Positions 13,095-27,200 of a DNA stretch of 64,000 bases are shown one piece after another. Source of the DNA: Trichoplax adhaerens (Eukaryota; Animalia; Placozoa); NCBI RefSeq assembly GCF_000150275.1, contig NW_002060943.1, positions 5,724,008 to 5,788,007 on the forward strand, read 5' to 3'. The stretch's first letter is position 1. Each line of letters begins with the position of its first letter. The translations under genes and the position numbers were made by a program. Under the pieces are notes generated by a model. It did no database searches. It was not told the origin of the DNA and saw only the letters and a program-made list of their open reading frames with translations.

Positions 13095-14539
13095 ATTGTG
13101 TAAACTAATTAGTTGGAAAAAATTTCAAAACATATAGATGATTTTGTAATTTTTGCAGTTAAGTATAACTAGCTGTGTAAATGTCAGCTAAAGTATTCAT
13201 CAATGCGATTTATTTGTTGCAGTAAGAAACCTGTAAAATAAGTTGTACAATATGTAGACATTTTGTCAATTAAAACTTCTGCTTACTCGTATGAAAGAGT
13301 ACAGCCTTAGCAGACGTTTATTTTCTTCATTAGTCATAATTAATAGTATTAGTCATTTCTAAATTTTAGAAAATAGAGAGTCGTTTAGCTCTCATTACTT
13401 AATCTAGAGATTATACAGTTATATTGCTATAATACAGCTCTTATTTTGATCGATAACAATTCACACGGATGCTTCCAATAGTTCTTTCGTACAAAGCAAC
13501 AATAAATTGAGGTTTCGAAATAGTACGAATACAACGAACTTAATCCTGGTTCTAGATAACATATTATTCGAACATTATATTCTTAATCGTAAATATGTAA
13601 TCTACATACATGAACAGACAAACGAAGAGTAGGTTAAGTAACAATATCTCAAAGATTTTATGGAATCATTTAAACCCTTAAAGTGTCATTTACTGAATTC
13701 GGGGTCGCTATTCATTCGTGCAGGATCGAAATTAAAAAGTTTCGGTACTAATAGTAATCAAGGTACCGGATAAGCAATAAATTTCCTTAGGCTTAGTAAT
13801 TATGATCTGTCAATATATGATACATGTATATTTTATTAAAGATTTGAAGATATGCCGTGCTTATTTCCCATTTCAACTCTTGGATATAAGATTCTTCTGA
13901 TATTATCGCAGCTCTACTGTAAGCAACGCAAATACTCAAAATTTTCATTCTTACAAAAAATACGAATACTTACTATTCGCAGTGCAGGATGTGATAATTT
14001 TATTATACCGGTATTACGTAAAACTAATATAGTTGCTAATCATGCAGTCACTGTAACAATGTACTACTGAGTAGCTGGTTAGTTGTGCCATAAGAGCAAC
14101 AAACTATAAATGATTTATGAAAGGTTGGAGCGTATAAGATTAAAAATACTTAACAAACCTGAAGCAAGTGATGTTTGATTTATCTGAAATTTGCAATCAA
14201 AGAAAGCTGACAGGGAAATTTAAACCAAATTGATGCATAAAAGCTCTAATTTACTATCTGGAATATTCTTATTTCAAGAACAGTCAAGCACATTTGGAAC
14301 GTAAAAGATATTAACATGGCTACTGTTATTTCTTATGGATTTCTCAGACAATTGATAATCGTATCGTATCAGAATTGTATGATCCAGGCTTTGACTACTA
14401 TTGCTGACTATATTACATAATTATTTATAAAATTTAACCAAGTATACGCTTTTTAAGTAATATTTTGAATTAAAATCGGTTTTCACCTTAATAAAAATGG
14501 GTTAAAAATTAAGATAATTAATTAGATATCATGAATGTC

Positions 14540-14983
14540 TAGTAATCCATTATACAAGTATATTGAGAAAGTAAATTGACGAACAAATATGACTAGTGCA
14601 TAACATGCAATTATAGTTTTTCATTCTTCAATTGTATACTTACTAGGTATGAAAACTTTCTAACAGTTTTGGACCACAAAATACACTGTACATAAATATC
14701 TTGTTGTCCATTTTTACGAGTGTACTGAGAAAGTAAATTGACTAACGTGCATGACTAGTGCATAATACGCGAGAATAGTTTTTTAGTCTTCAATTTTATT
14801 AGGTATGAAAACTTTCTAACAGTTTTAAACTACAAGATACACTATCCACGAATATCTAGTCCATCATACGAATACATTTAGAAATAAAATTATTTGACGA
14901 ACTGGACTAATGCATGATAAACGACTATAGTTTTCATTCTATAATTGTACGCTTAGTAAGTATCAAGCTTTTCTGACAGTTTT
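14540..14983. repeat. Degenerate tandem repeat, three copies of a roughly 155-165 bp unit
   Basis: Blocks GAGAAAGTAAATTGAC, GACTAGTGCATAA and AGGTATGAAAACTTTCTAACAGTTTT recur with units starting near 14540, 14705 and 14858; the third copy is more diverged. Confidence 0.85.
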
Positions 14984-17900
14984 CCAAGAAATTTTTTAAT
15001 ATTAAAGTAACGATAATAGGTATACCTATTACATGGCATATTTATTATGTTTCGTGATTAATCAACTTTGAGGAATTATTACGGTAGGTTATATGCACCA
15101 CGGAACGAGGAAATATTGAATATACTCGTAATGTAACTTATTATTGAATTGTAGACTGCTAGGCATGTTTATTATGATATAAAGTATACTGGCTTTCTAT
15201 ATTTATCATAAACCTTATTTAATAGTTTTAACGCTAGAGTTATAAGTAGATATGTAAGCCATAAATTAGAATATGGTCAGTTGACCGTGCGTTGACTGGC
15301 AGAAATAATGCCTTATTCGAATACTGTAGCAGTTACCCATATTGAATTATAGATGGTCCGCTGTAATATGTTGTTACTAATATAATCTAAATTATTGTAA
15401 AATAAGGTAGAATATTGCTATGCAGATTGTAGCGGAACACAAAACTGTTTTAGCAGGCAACTTTAGATTATATAGTACCTCTGTCTACAAGTTTTTTTGG
15501 CTGTTGCATTCGGCTAGAGTTGGGCTATGCGTATATCATCTTTGTATAAGATCTCAAGTAGTTCTAATTTTCTACGAATTTTGGAAATGCGAGATCGGTT
15601 ATATCACAGTGCTCTATTATATCATACTTGCCGTCACGGAATTACTTTATTAATTGCATTACTAGCAAAACGTACTTATTCCCCAACTCGTCACACTATC
15701 AAGTGTATATTGCTTATATATCCACAATGTCTAGACTTGACTCAAGAATCAAAAATTGTGATGTTGCTTCTTATACATTTAGTTGATAGTAGATTATTCT
15801 ACTTCCCAGTATGTGACTTATGTTACTGCTGCAATTAACTGCAATTTCTACGCGAATATGGTACATATAATTTACTGCCTTGCCTACAGTAACAAAATCT
15901 AATAATTCGGTAGCAAAACAAACGCGAGATTACCGTACTGACATGATGTCGCAAACCAGCTTCGTGACAAAGATAACGTAAATCATATCTCTAAATTACT
16001 ATAGCCTCCGGAATTCAGTATCCCTTAACTATTTCACAAGAATTTAGACGCTTTTGCTTCTACGTTAAACAACTATAGAACTATTCTTTTATTCAACTAT
16101 CTGCCGAGCTTAAATACTTCGGCAGCTGCTATCATGTATGAGTTATAACAGTTCATGAAATTTAGTTCATATTGGATAGCTAAATTTATACAGAAACTAT
16201 TCATAATCTTATACATATACTGAACAATTCTAGATAATTAGATTACAGTATATCCATACACAGAATTATTTACAATATCATCTGTAATTGAATATCTTTA
16301 GGATATGCATAAAAAGCGTTACAAGACATAACACTATAATCAATTAACATTAGTTATCGTATAAGAACTCTTACTACAGTACTGCATAATTTACTATAAC
16401 AAAATAATAACTTTCGCAGTTCTTACTGTAACTTATTATTAGTTATCTATATATATAAACGTTAACCACTAAATTTAGTCATTTAGACCTCATGGTGGTT
16501 CGAACCGTTACATCTGAATACTAACTTTTCTAACTTACCATTAATTAAACATGATAGCTCTAATTCAATCCTATGGTATGATTGTATTATATATCTAACT
16601 AGAAACTCTTAAATACTTTCTAAAATATCGCAAGTACGATCGCATAGGATGCAAAGCACAATGTAGAGCCATGGCTTGTTATCAGTATCAATCAAAAATT
16701 GGCCAGAATAAAGCCTACCGTTCTGCTTACTTAGCGTGAACTTAAAGTAAACATTGTTTTAAGAAGAAGATATAGATTATTAATCAAATATAACAAATTA
16801 TATTATTTTGTTCGATAATACTCTTATCGCATGTAATAATAACGATATAATAAAATAAATGTTAATAGATAATTGAATAGAACCCTGAAATGTAAACCCT
16901 TATAACTTATCAATAAATTTTAAAAAACCTTAACCTTTAAATCCACATTTTAATTTTCAGATTTTCCCAATGTGATGGATTGCATCATTGTTAATAAGCC
17001 AACAAACTTACTTGGATAATGAATTCAAAACAGCAATATTCAATTCTTACCTTTTTAGATTCTGTACAATCGAGCCAATCTTGAAATTAATTAGTGGAAT
17101 AAAACCTATGTTTTTAAAAGGTATTTGATTCTCTATTGTAGTATTGATCGAGAATATAGACTTCCTACTTGAAATTGGAGTCAATCATTAAATATTTTGA
17201 GTTTCGTAAATATGCTTCGAAATGGCTTTAACCCTAGGTACGCTTAGTTGCATTCTCCATGATGCAAATAAAGTTTTATTTCTGTTTAACTATATGAAAC
17301 TTTCTATGATAAGCCAGATACTTCTTAATAAATGAGTCTGAAGCGATAGACTACTTTGATTATTTATGGCGCTGTATTTAAATGTACTTATAACTTTTCG
17401 AGTTACAAACTCAATCTTTAACAATAACGTGGATTCAACTGATCTGTTTCTGTTATACTTTGTTTTTTGACTAACATTGATGAAACGATTAAATCAATTT
17501 CGTCTTTTGATCCAAGTATTGAATTATCAATTCGAGGGCTCAAAGATATGAAAAAATATGGGATAGAGTGCAGCAAAACCTTGAAAGCTGCGATATCCAA
17601 TTTAGTTTCTGTCATAATCAGAGTCGAATATACTTTACAGACTCAAATTAGTGATAATTTCTTTAGCCTTGAAATACCGTGCTTCAATAAAAAGTTTCAT
17701 CGATATCATGCCTTCGAGTGCCTCTTTGCATACTAAATTCATATTCATAGATACCATTCTTCTTGATTGTAACTTTATTTATTGCAAATACTAAACATAA
17801 ATTCAATAAAAGTCAGTGAATTTGCTGCATTCGTTAGTTTGCAATGGTAGCAGTTACATGGGCTAATAAAATCGGAATCATTATTCTATTACCAAAGCGC

Positions 17901-20900
17901 TCTGACGTAAGAATACTTAAATCGCGTCAATAACCTATCGATTGAGGTATTTTAAAGTTTAATAGCTTTAAAAGCTTCTGTAATGACTAAAGTGGCACAA
18001 CTAATAGAAATTAGTCCATTTTGTGTTAAGCTATAATGCTACATGATTGTGTTGAAGACATTAAGACATTTCTAAACATTGCAATTACGACTTGATATGA
18101 ATGATATGATGCTAATTTTTATATTGACTTCAGATAACTGAAACAATTAAGGTACAACTATCACTAGGCTAGAAATCTCTTAGTTTTTGAAGCTCAATTA
18201 TTGAAAGAAGAATGATAATTAGGTTGGAAAGGTCTTTCTGCACCGGACTGTTTAAGGCTGATTGCAGAACTGCAAATTCATATTTCGAGTGTTAGAAATA
18301 GATTTTACTTTCCCTTTTATTTCAATAAATCAAGCATGAGCTCAAAATTTGCTCATCTATCCTAGATCTTTCTATTCCAACTAATGCAGTACATATTATC
18401 ACAATTATCAAGATTTATTCTTAAACTTAATATCCAATTAAGAGTTTCGCATCCTGTTGGCCTCAGTACGACAAAGTATCTATTTTACTTGCATTGGTGC
18501 AACTACTGCTTATATTCGAGATCACCGTGGATCATTTATTATCATCATTTTACAATGGAATCAAAAGACAACGATAAAAATTGATCAGCTTTTCGAGACA
18601 TAAGTGTGTCTTACTAAGCATGTACTATTATATTGTGAATCGGTTTCGAAAGTTATTATTGCGTTTATCTAATATGAAGACAAATTGATTAGAATTGATT
18701 TTGAGCAAGCTAGCCAAAATACTTTCATATTTACTGGAGTGCAGACAATCGCATTTTACGATATTTTTAGATGAACCAATCATACATTAATTAAAATCTA
18801 ATTTTCGGAGGATAATAGGGATACAGATTTTTCTAAGCCATCTTATAGCCGAATTCATAATACAGAAACTTGGTTAATTAATTATAAAAATTACATTTAC
18901 TTAAATTAGTCATCATAAACAAGGCATATATGCCCCTATTTCAAAAATTTATCCCTACTTTATTAATGCAAAGGTACTGATATAACTATGACTAAACGAT
19001 AAGAATGTACTTTTCATTATTGCTGGATCCGATTGCTTGTTTTTTATATTGAAAGTAACGTACGTCATTTCATGTGTCACTTGTACTTCCAAATGAAATA
19101 TAGAATAAATAAAATATTCTTTTATATTTACTAGGATCAAAAAGTCATCAAGTTGTTCCTGTAATGACCCTACTATATCCTGCTATCATCTTAATTGATG
19201 CCATTCGATTTTTTCGCCATTATGGTATCATTAAGAAGCATCCATTTTAGTATGGTATTTACTCATCCTTGAAAAATTTTATCGATAATATCATAATTAT
19301 TCTGATTTAATCAATGGCTTCAATTTGCTTGCATGTAGTCCGTCACAGATATTATTTAAGTGAGATAAACAACTGCATTAAAACTTAAATTAAGGAAAAA
19401 TTAGTTGTAACCTAATTTATATGAAATTATCATCACCACGACTCTACAAGGCTAATAATTTTTAAACTTAAAACTCAATTTTTTCTTTACATCATTTATC
19501 AGAGCCATTATCTTTATTGATAGAACTCAATGATCATATGAAAAGTTCTACCTATCTTTCATTATAAATAATAATCAAAAATCTTTAACTACAACTGGTG
19601 CCTTTTCAAAATCATTCAATAAAAAAACAACATATAGCAAAATTATAATACAATCTGGACGGGTGTAAATTGATTACTGGAAATACTATTGATGATTCCG
19701 ATAAGACTATTTACTTTATATTGATTGTTATGTCAATAAGATCAATTAAATTATAACTATTAAAATCAGAACAATACTCTTTCTAATGCAACATATTTAA
19801 CAATATTCAATCACTGGCTTGAGTCGACTCTTTCTAGTGTTACGTCACCAGCTTAGCTAAACTATTTTACATCATTTATTTGCTTTTGCATGGTGATTTA
19901 GTTTAATTCCATGATAAGATCATCAATTACAGTGTGCGGTACCTAGTCCAGTAATTGGTTACTTAGAGGAACATTTACACTATTGTAGAATTCAACGGAC
20001 CACTTGTTCCTAATCATTGGACGATCCAGTTTAAATAACGATATATAATATTGACAGTTCTAGGGTTATTCTGTCACGTTTTTAGTTTGAGATTTTCAGC
20101 CAGACCATGCCTAAAAGATAAAAATGTCCAGCAATCGATTGAATATCTACCTAGCAATTTTAATTACTACTTTTCTAATTTATTCAACTGGTTATGGTAA
20201 GCAAGGCAATAATTTACGACAATTCTATTAGTAGTCTATCATGTCCGAATAGACAACGATTAGCTCTACATCGATGCAAATGCTAGTTGGCACGTACGAA
20301 AAGGATCATCATAAATTACTCAAATGGAAGAATCACTTTAGAATAATATCAATGTAAGTAGACTAATCTTACAACAATTTTTTCATTTTCTGGCTATTTA
20401 GTGCTTAGTTAGAACTATAAGGGGACAGCTCAATATCATTACAGGACGTTCTCATGTACAGTCCTGCCCTTTTGTAGTACCAAACCTGGTAATAATGTTT
20501 ATCCTAGTTATGGACCGATTTTGGCTAGTTTGGTCTACTCTTGGAATAAATCAGTACTTTTATTTTTCAATTTATACGATACAACATTTAGTCCATAATG
20601 CTGCTTTCTTATCATCACATAATCATAACTACTAGCTTTAAGTGCGGATAGGGTATAAGCAACTGCTCTTAGTCGAAAATTTTTTACGAATGATATTTTA
20701 CTTATTAAGTACTATGCAAAGTAATTTCATTCTAGTAAGCAGAAATTTCAGTTAATCACTGGATGGCGTCTGCTTACCAATAATTAATTAATCCGTATTT
20801 GTACTTAAACTAACGAACAAGACAGACGGTATATTTGTATAACTGTAGATAATGTACGCAAGCCAAAGCGGAACTCGACAATGACTTAATCATGTCATAC

Positions 20901-23900
20901 CATCATAAATAAAATAAATTAAAGCAATAGTAGCTGCGTCATCACTTCTAGAAAATAGCTCCAATAGGGCAATATGGTGTAGACAATTAGTTTCAATAAC
21001 ATGATTATTGTCGATAAAACTTTTAAATTGTCCTCAATATGAGTCATTAAGACCGGTTAAGATAATTTCGTCGTTGCTGGTCAGTCTAGGTTAGCAAAAA
21101 TGAAAATAATTTACTGCAAAGTTCTTTCGCTTCAGGACTTGAATCCAAGATTCTTTATCAAGTAATCGGAATGAACTTTTCAAAAACAATCAGTAATATT
21201 TTGCCTTACTGGCTGAATTTTCAGCAATTTACTGTAAAAAGGAGTGAACAGGAACGACTTGACTTGACTCAAGATTTATTATCTCACGAAAATAGTACAA
21301 TCTGTGTTAGATTAAAAATCTAGAACAATTATCAATTGGAACAGCCAATAGCGGGCGTTATTTAGTGTTGTAAAAGAAGCCCTCGCTTTATTTCTCCTTC
21401 AACTTGCTTTGATCCATGGAAATAATCATAAAAGATAAATTGTTCTATTTTTACTGACCTGAAAGAAACTATGGTTATGTTTATAACCATGATTGCTGAT
21501 ACATCCGATATACAGTATTAAAACTCAATTATATCCGTTAGTTTTGTAATATTTTTCGCCTAAAAAATGATATCCTTAAGATCATCATTCGATTAGCAGC
21601 TTAATAAATTGTAGCAAGTGCTATTATCTTAGCATGTAATTTGATACCATGGCTTCTTAACTAGTTGTTTAACTTAAATTATGTACAATTTCATTTTCTT
21701 TGTCGAGGCCTTTCTCAAGTTGCTATCCGTATAATAGAATAAGATCGCATAATTTTTAGCCCCAGAGTGATACAGATATAACTGTATACTATAATGACGA
21801 GATGATTAGATACCATAGCTTTTGATTTGATGTGCTTGCTAATTCAACAGTCTCTCAAGTATCGACGTTTTTAATGTTACGTAGCGTTCCTTATCGCAAT
21901 ATAATAATTAGGTACTGTAGCTCTTCCATATACATCAAGATGGTTTAAAAATTTATGGTAGCGACTTATTGATTAAGGAGATCGTATAGCTTTTATTAGT
22001 CACGGGTAGTAAATGTTTTGAGATTAATCCCTCCAGTAACGCCATCAATGATTCATTTGAACAATTTATCGTTTATTATTCGTATTTTAGAAACTGAGAA
22101 TATAGAACTAATGTATCTCTTTTAGCTTTGAAACAATTTGAAATATCGAATTCAAATTAAATGTCAGTTACTAATTTTAAGGGTTGATAGGCCGCAATCT
22201 ATTACGCGTAGATACCAGAAACAAATCTTCAACTACGATGGTCATACAGATATTTCATTATGAAATGTCACTTCAAAATATAAATTGATCATATTATTAC
22301 GCATCCCTAGTATCCTTTTTACAGTAGTACATCTTTTTTCTACATTACGTTAGAAGAAAACCTATTTTTGTAAGCTCAAAGCTATCTTCCATTGACTTTA
22401 GTTCAAGTTTATTGATCGCTGTTAGTTTGCAGTGATCCTATAATTTTCTAAGATTATCATCGTACTTTCCCTAGTGGGTAAGCGATTACATCCTTCATCA
22501 ATTCCAACATTTTATTGCTAGTAAACTATTTACAGAATACATTTGTATATCAAAAATTTCGGATAGATCCTAATCTGAGAAGGCTGAATTCCAAAACAAC
22601 TTAACATTAAGAACAAGCAGAATATTTATTTAAACGATATAAATTGGAAGATTTCGAAAGCCGCATGATTATCTACGAATTTACTAATACCTACACGTTC
22701 TTAATATGTATAAATGCAAGAATTAAAACGATAGATAATACACTCCATTTAGTGGTTTTGTACTATTAAAGTAACAATTATAATTAAATGAATGCTAATT
22801 CTGAATGTACACTGTATACTTTATCGTACTTAGTTAAACCTTGAACAGACGCATTTTCTGATTGAAATAAACCAAACTTAACGTAACCATGCACTTTCTT
22901 TTGATCTATTATAATAATTGGTTACTTTCAGATGAATTTAAATCCTAGTCTTGTCGAATAGCATTAAGAAACCATGTAACGGATGGTTTATCGGCATATC
23001 ACGTTAGTAAGTAGTCATCCATATCTGGAAGGAAATAGAAATGCCTCTATAACTACCTAAAAACATAAAATATAACAATTTCATATTTGTAAATATTTCA
23101 TATTTGAACATTTAGCTGTAAAATTATGGGCAACTTCATTGCTATTAATTGCTGTATTAAACTTTTATCTAGGCGTTAGCGGAGCCATGTTATAGAAAAT
23201 GAATAATCCTATTTTTAAGTCCGGCTAGCATTTGTATCGCTAAAATTTTCAATGATTAGCCTCAAAGTATTTCTAAAATTACGATTACGCTAGTAATTCT
23301 CGCATTATAATATCTCTAATGGCAATGTTCCAACTCATTTATGCACGCAAAATAGTTTGCCGCAGTTATTCATAAAATTTTATCATTAGCCCACGGATAT
23401 ACGTATTCTGCGTATGATATGATAAAAGTGGTTAATTGGTGATGTTATATCGAAATTAGAATACATTCCCTCTATTCTTATATATGAAATAAACATTAAT
23501 TTACCATCCTTAACTATATACATTACGGCTTAGAATAAGATAAGTAATACAAATTACAGATGACATGAATAGGCATTTGCTTATGCGTAAACGTCAGCTA
23601 CATTAATCCTCCCAGCTTCTCGTATACAGTATTCTTACTGTACATGAACAATGATTTATCTTACGTCAATTTAGTTCGATAATATAATTTTACCTAGAAG
23701 TAGGTAAGTTCTGATGATTTCTGCTGCCATTTATCATATAATTAATCACAGCTAGGATAGTCTAACCGCTTTTATCCATTTTCTTACGATATTTATCATT
23801 AAATATTACAGCAAGTTTGATTTCTTTCTCATTATTTCCGCTATTATCAATATTTATGAATAATGGCGTCGGTAACCATCTATTCTGTTACCAATTATAA

Positions 23901-24210
23901 CTGTAAATTTGATAATTTTAATTATTTCCTTACGCTACTTTGCTGTTAAATGTTGTTTTCGTTAATTTCCATCTAAGCTCAAAAGCGTCCAATTTTACAA
24001 ATTGCTTACTTCTATATATGAATTTTTACTTCTACTAGGGAAAGAAATTAAGCCCGAAAATCACCCAATTAAAAAAGATAGCTTTAATATATCCTCTATT
24101 TACGATTTTTTAGGTTATTTTTAATACAAATTATTTATTTTATGCAATTCTGAAGCAATTACTATTGGTTTTTATATCTGCTATATATTAAATTAATGTT
24201 ATACTCTTAG

Positions 24211-27200
24211 TTTCTCCAGCGACTGTACTTAATTGTAATTTTGACGAAGACCTGTGTGGTTGGCGCCAACCTCAAAACATCGATTATTTCGATTGGAAAA
24301 GAAGAAGCGGCCCAACACCTAGCCATAGTACTGGGCCAGAAACTGATCACACATCTAAAAATGGTCAGTATCGATAGCAGAGATCAAATCGTATCTTAGA
24401 GTTATGGGACATAAAATTTAAGGAAGATAAGACTAGTATAGTATTTATTAAAGTACATTAAGCGCCATTCATAATGTCTTTTAATACGCTCCATGAGATA
24501 AAGAAAAGATTTTCACGAAACATTAATGAATTATCTAACTGTCGTTTCTGCCTCGGAATAATAGTATACGTTTCTGTAGTTCATATCGATCTATTCATGT
24601 TACAGATAGTGGTTACTATCTTTATATTGAAGCTTCAAGCCCTAGAAATAAAGATGAATACGCTGATCTCATCAGCCCACCGTTAACTTTATCTGCCATT
24701 GATAGCAGCGTCAAGGTAATAGCATTTTATTTAGATTTTATTTAGAAAATTACCTTCGTAGTAAACCATCAAACTATATATTTTCATAATATTAGTATTT
24801 ACAAGCTCTCAAATTAGAATTAATTTAATTAAGCATCTCTTATATTGATTCATGACAAAAAAGCTTAATTTACACTTAATAGAAAAACCGTACCCTCAGC
24901 TTATTTTACCATATAATTATCATTAAAATAAAAAGTTAAATTTTTGAATATTTTGCTGTATTAAATCCATAGATGTCGTTTTATTATCATGCCCTTGGAA
25001 CTGGACTAGGAGATTTCTATGTCTATCTCATGTATCCCAGAATTAATAGTACATTTGAAGAAATTTGGCATACGAAGCCACAGTCGTTGAAAGTTTGGAG
25101 GCTTGCTTCTTTTATTTTTAATCCGAAATATGCTGATTTTCGTGTAAATAATGTTAGATAACTAGATAAAATCGGCAGACTTGTTTTTTTATTAAAATCT
25201 TCACTCCGCAAAAATATATAATTATTGATCATTGTCTCATCATGTGACTAGTGAGTTTTCATATCTGTTTATGTTTTCATGTCCATCATTGCTAAAGTCC
25301 CATTCCGGTTTACCATATCACTAATAATATTATTCTCAATAAATTAATCTATTGGTATATTTTAAGCGTTATCTTTATCTATAAATTATAGCTTATACAT
25401 TAAAATAAATTATTATTTATTGTAAATTAAACTTAGTATTAGTTTGATACGAGTAAATAAATCTCTATAAGAGAAGATAGTGAAACTTAAATTTATATCA
25501 TTACTCGTAATTTAATATTACTTATAATGATTGCTTTTTTATTTATCTTTCAGGTCATCCTTCGAGGCTTCATTGGTTCTACATTCCTTGGCGATTTCGC
25601 AATTGATGACATAAATGTCCATCCGATTGGTAAGCATCGCTTATTAGCTTTTTTAGTTTACCTTATGTTTCTATAAAGTTCTATATTTTTGTATGTAATA
25701 TAACACGATAAAAATATATTTAAATAATTAATTGAAAGAGAAAGTTGAAAAAGGCTAATAAATGTTTTATTATACTTTATTTACCACCATCAGAAAATAG
25801 CTGCTTTTCTGATGTGGGAAATTATTATCGTGGAACTCTAAATACAGCAAATGGATTTCAATGCCAAACATGGAGCTTGGTTAGCTCCACTCCAAATACA
25901 TATACGCCATCGAAATATCCTGACGCTGACCTAACTTTAAATTATTGTCGCAATCCTACTGAATCTCGAGCAAGACCCTGGTGCTACACTAGTAATTCTG
26001 GGCAGTGGCAGTTTTGTAATATTCCTAAATGTCAAGTTCCTGTACTTGCAACTCCATCATTTCCTTTAGGAAGTAATTTTTTCTTTATTTCGTCAATAAT
26101 TCATGTCTTAGCTTCCTTTAGATAAAATAGCATCATATGCTCTAAAGCTTCGATGCGCTAATATGTGATAATACTAATATCGTCATAATCTCATTTTCCA
26201 AGGTGTACTGTGTATGTGAATAAGCACTTTAATACTAGAAGGGCAAGAATTATTTGCCCTACTTTTACTCTGCTGCTACTTCACGTTTAACTAATCATTT
26301 CTATTCTAGATAAATATCCTATAGTTATGGTGGATAAAGGTGTATATTTTACCACTACCGGACGAGTTACATTATACTATAATGGACTCTGGGGTACAAT
26401 TTGCAATTCTGGCATAACGCAAGATACAATCAACGTTATTTGTCGACAGACAGGATCTGGAAACACAGGAACATTTATCAGTAATAACAGCTAGAGTAGC
26501 ATTAAAATATATATAGCATATCTATGTTTAACATTTATAAATTCAGCTTCGTGTAAACACTAGCAGTTACCCATAAAGTAATAACCTCAACATCGCTGGA
26601 TGGCTAATCAGATATCCAATAAAGTCCGAGTAACATGAAAATATTTATTCTTTTAGGAGGTAATGTGGAAGGTCAAGGGCCTATCTGGCTGCAAGGACAT
26701 GATATAAAATGTCCTCCTACTGCAATTGACTTAGCACAATGCACCTTAGGTCCATGGGATGTTAATAACACCTGTACACATGCATACGATTTATACGTAA
26801 GCTGTAATCCAAGCCCAATTGTAACATATCAAACTACAGGTAATAGCACCATCTACTCCTTTGGAAAACTATGTTAAAAGTATACAGTAAAGTCGTTACG
26901 TTGCTCATTCTAGTGTGATATAATGAATAGAATATGTACGAAACTGTTTTGTAATATGAGCTCCTTAATTTTATTTATTTAGCCAGCACAACTTTAATAG
27001 AGACCGTGGCACCACCACTACCAAGAAACAAGTACAAGCTAGCTATCAAAGATGGATTTGACATTACTAGCGGATTCGTCAATGTATTATATAATAAACG
27101 TAATGGAGTTATTTGTAGCAAAAATTGGAACATGAATGATGCTGATGTTGTTTGTCGTCAGCTTGGCTTTCTTAACGCACTATCTGCTAACGGTATTTAT

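Noticed and set aside
17467-17736. 89-aa ORF in the gap between B and C as a separate gene
   Set aside because: It starts at a non-ATG codon, has no recognisable domain, and I could not link it into a consistent exon chain; left as unidentified.
20239-20286. SCPNRQRLALHRCKC* as the missing LRRNT exon of paralogue C
   Set aside because: Cys spacing is wrong (family has CPxxCxC), a stop follows immediately, and there is no signal peptide upstream.
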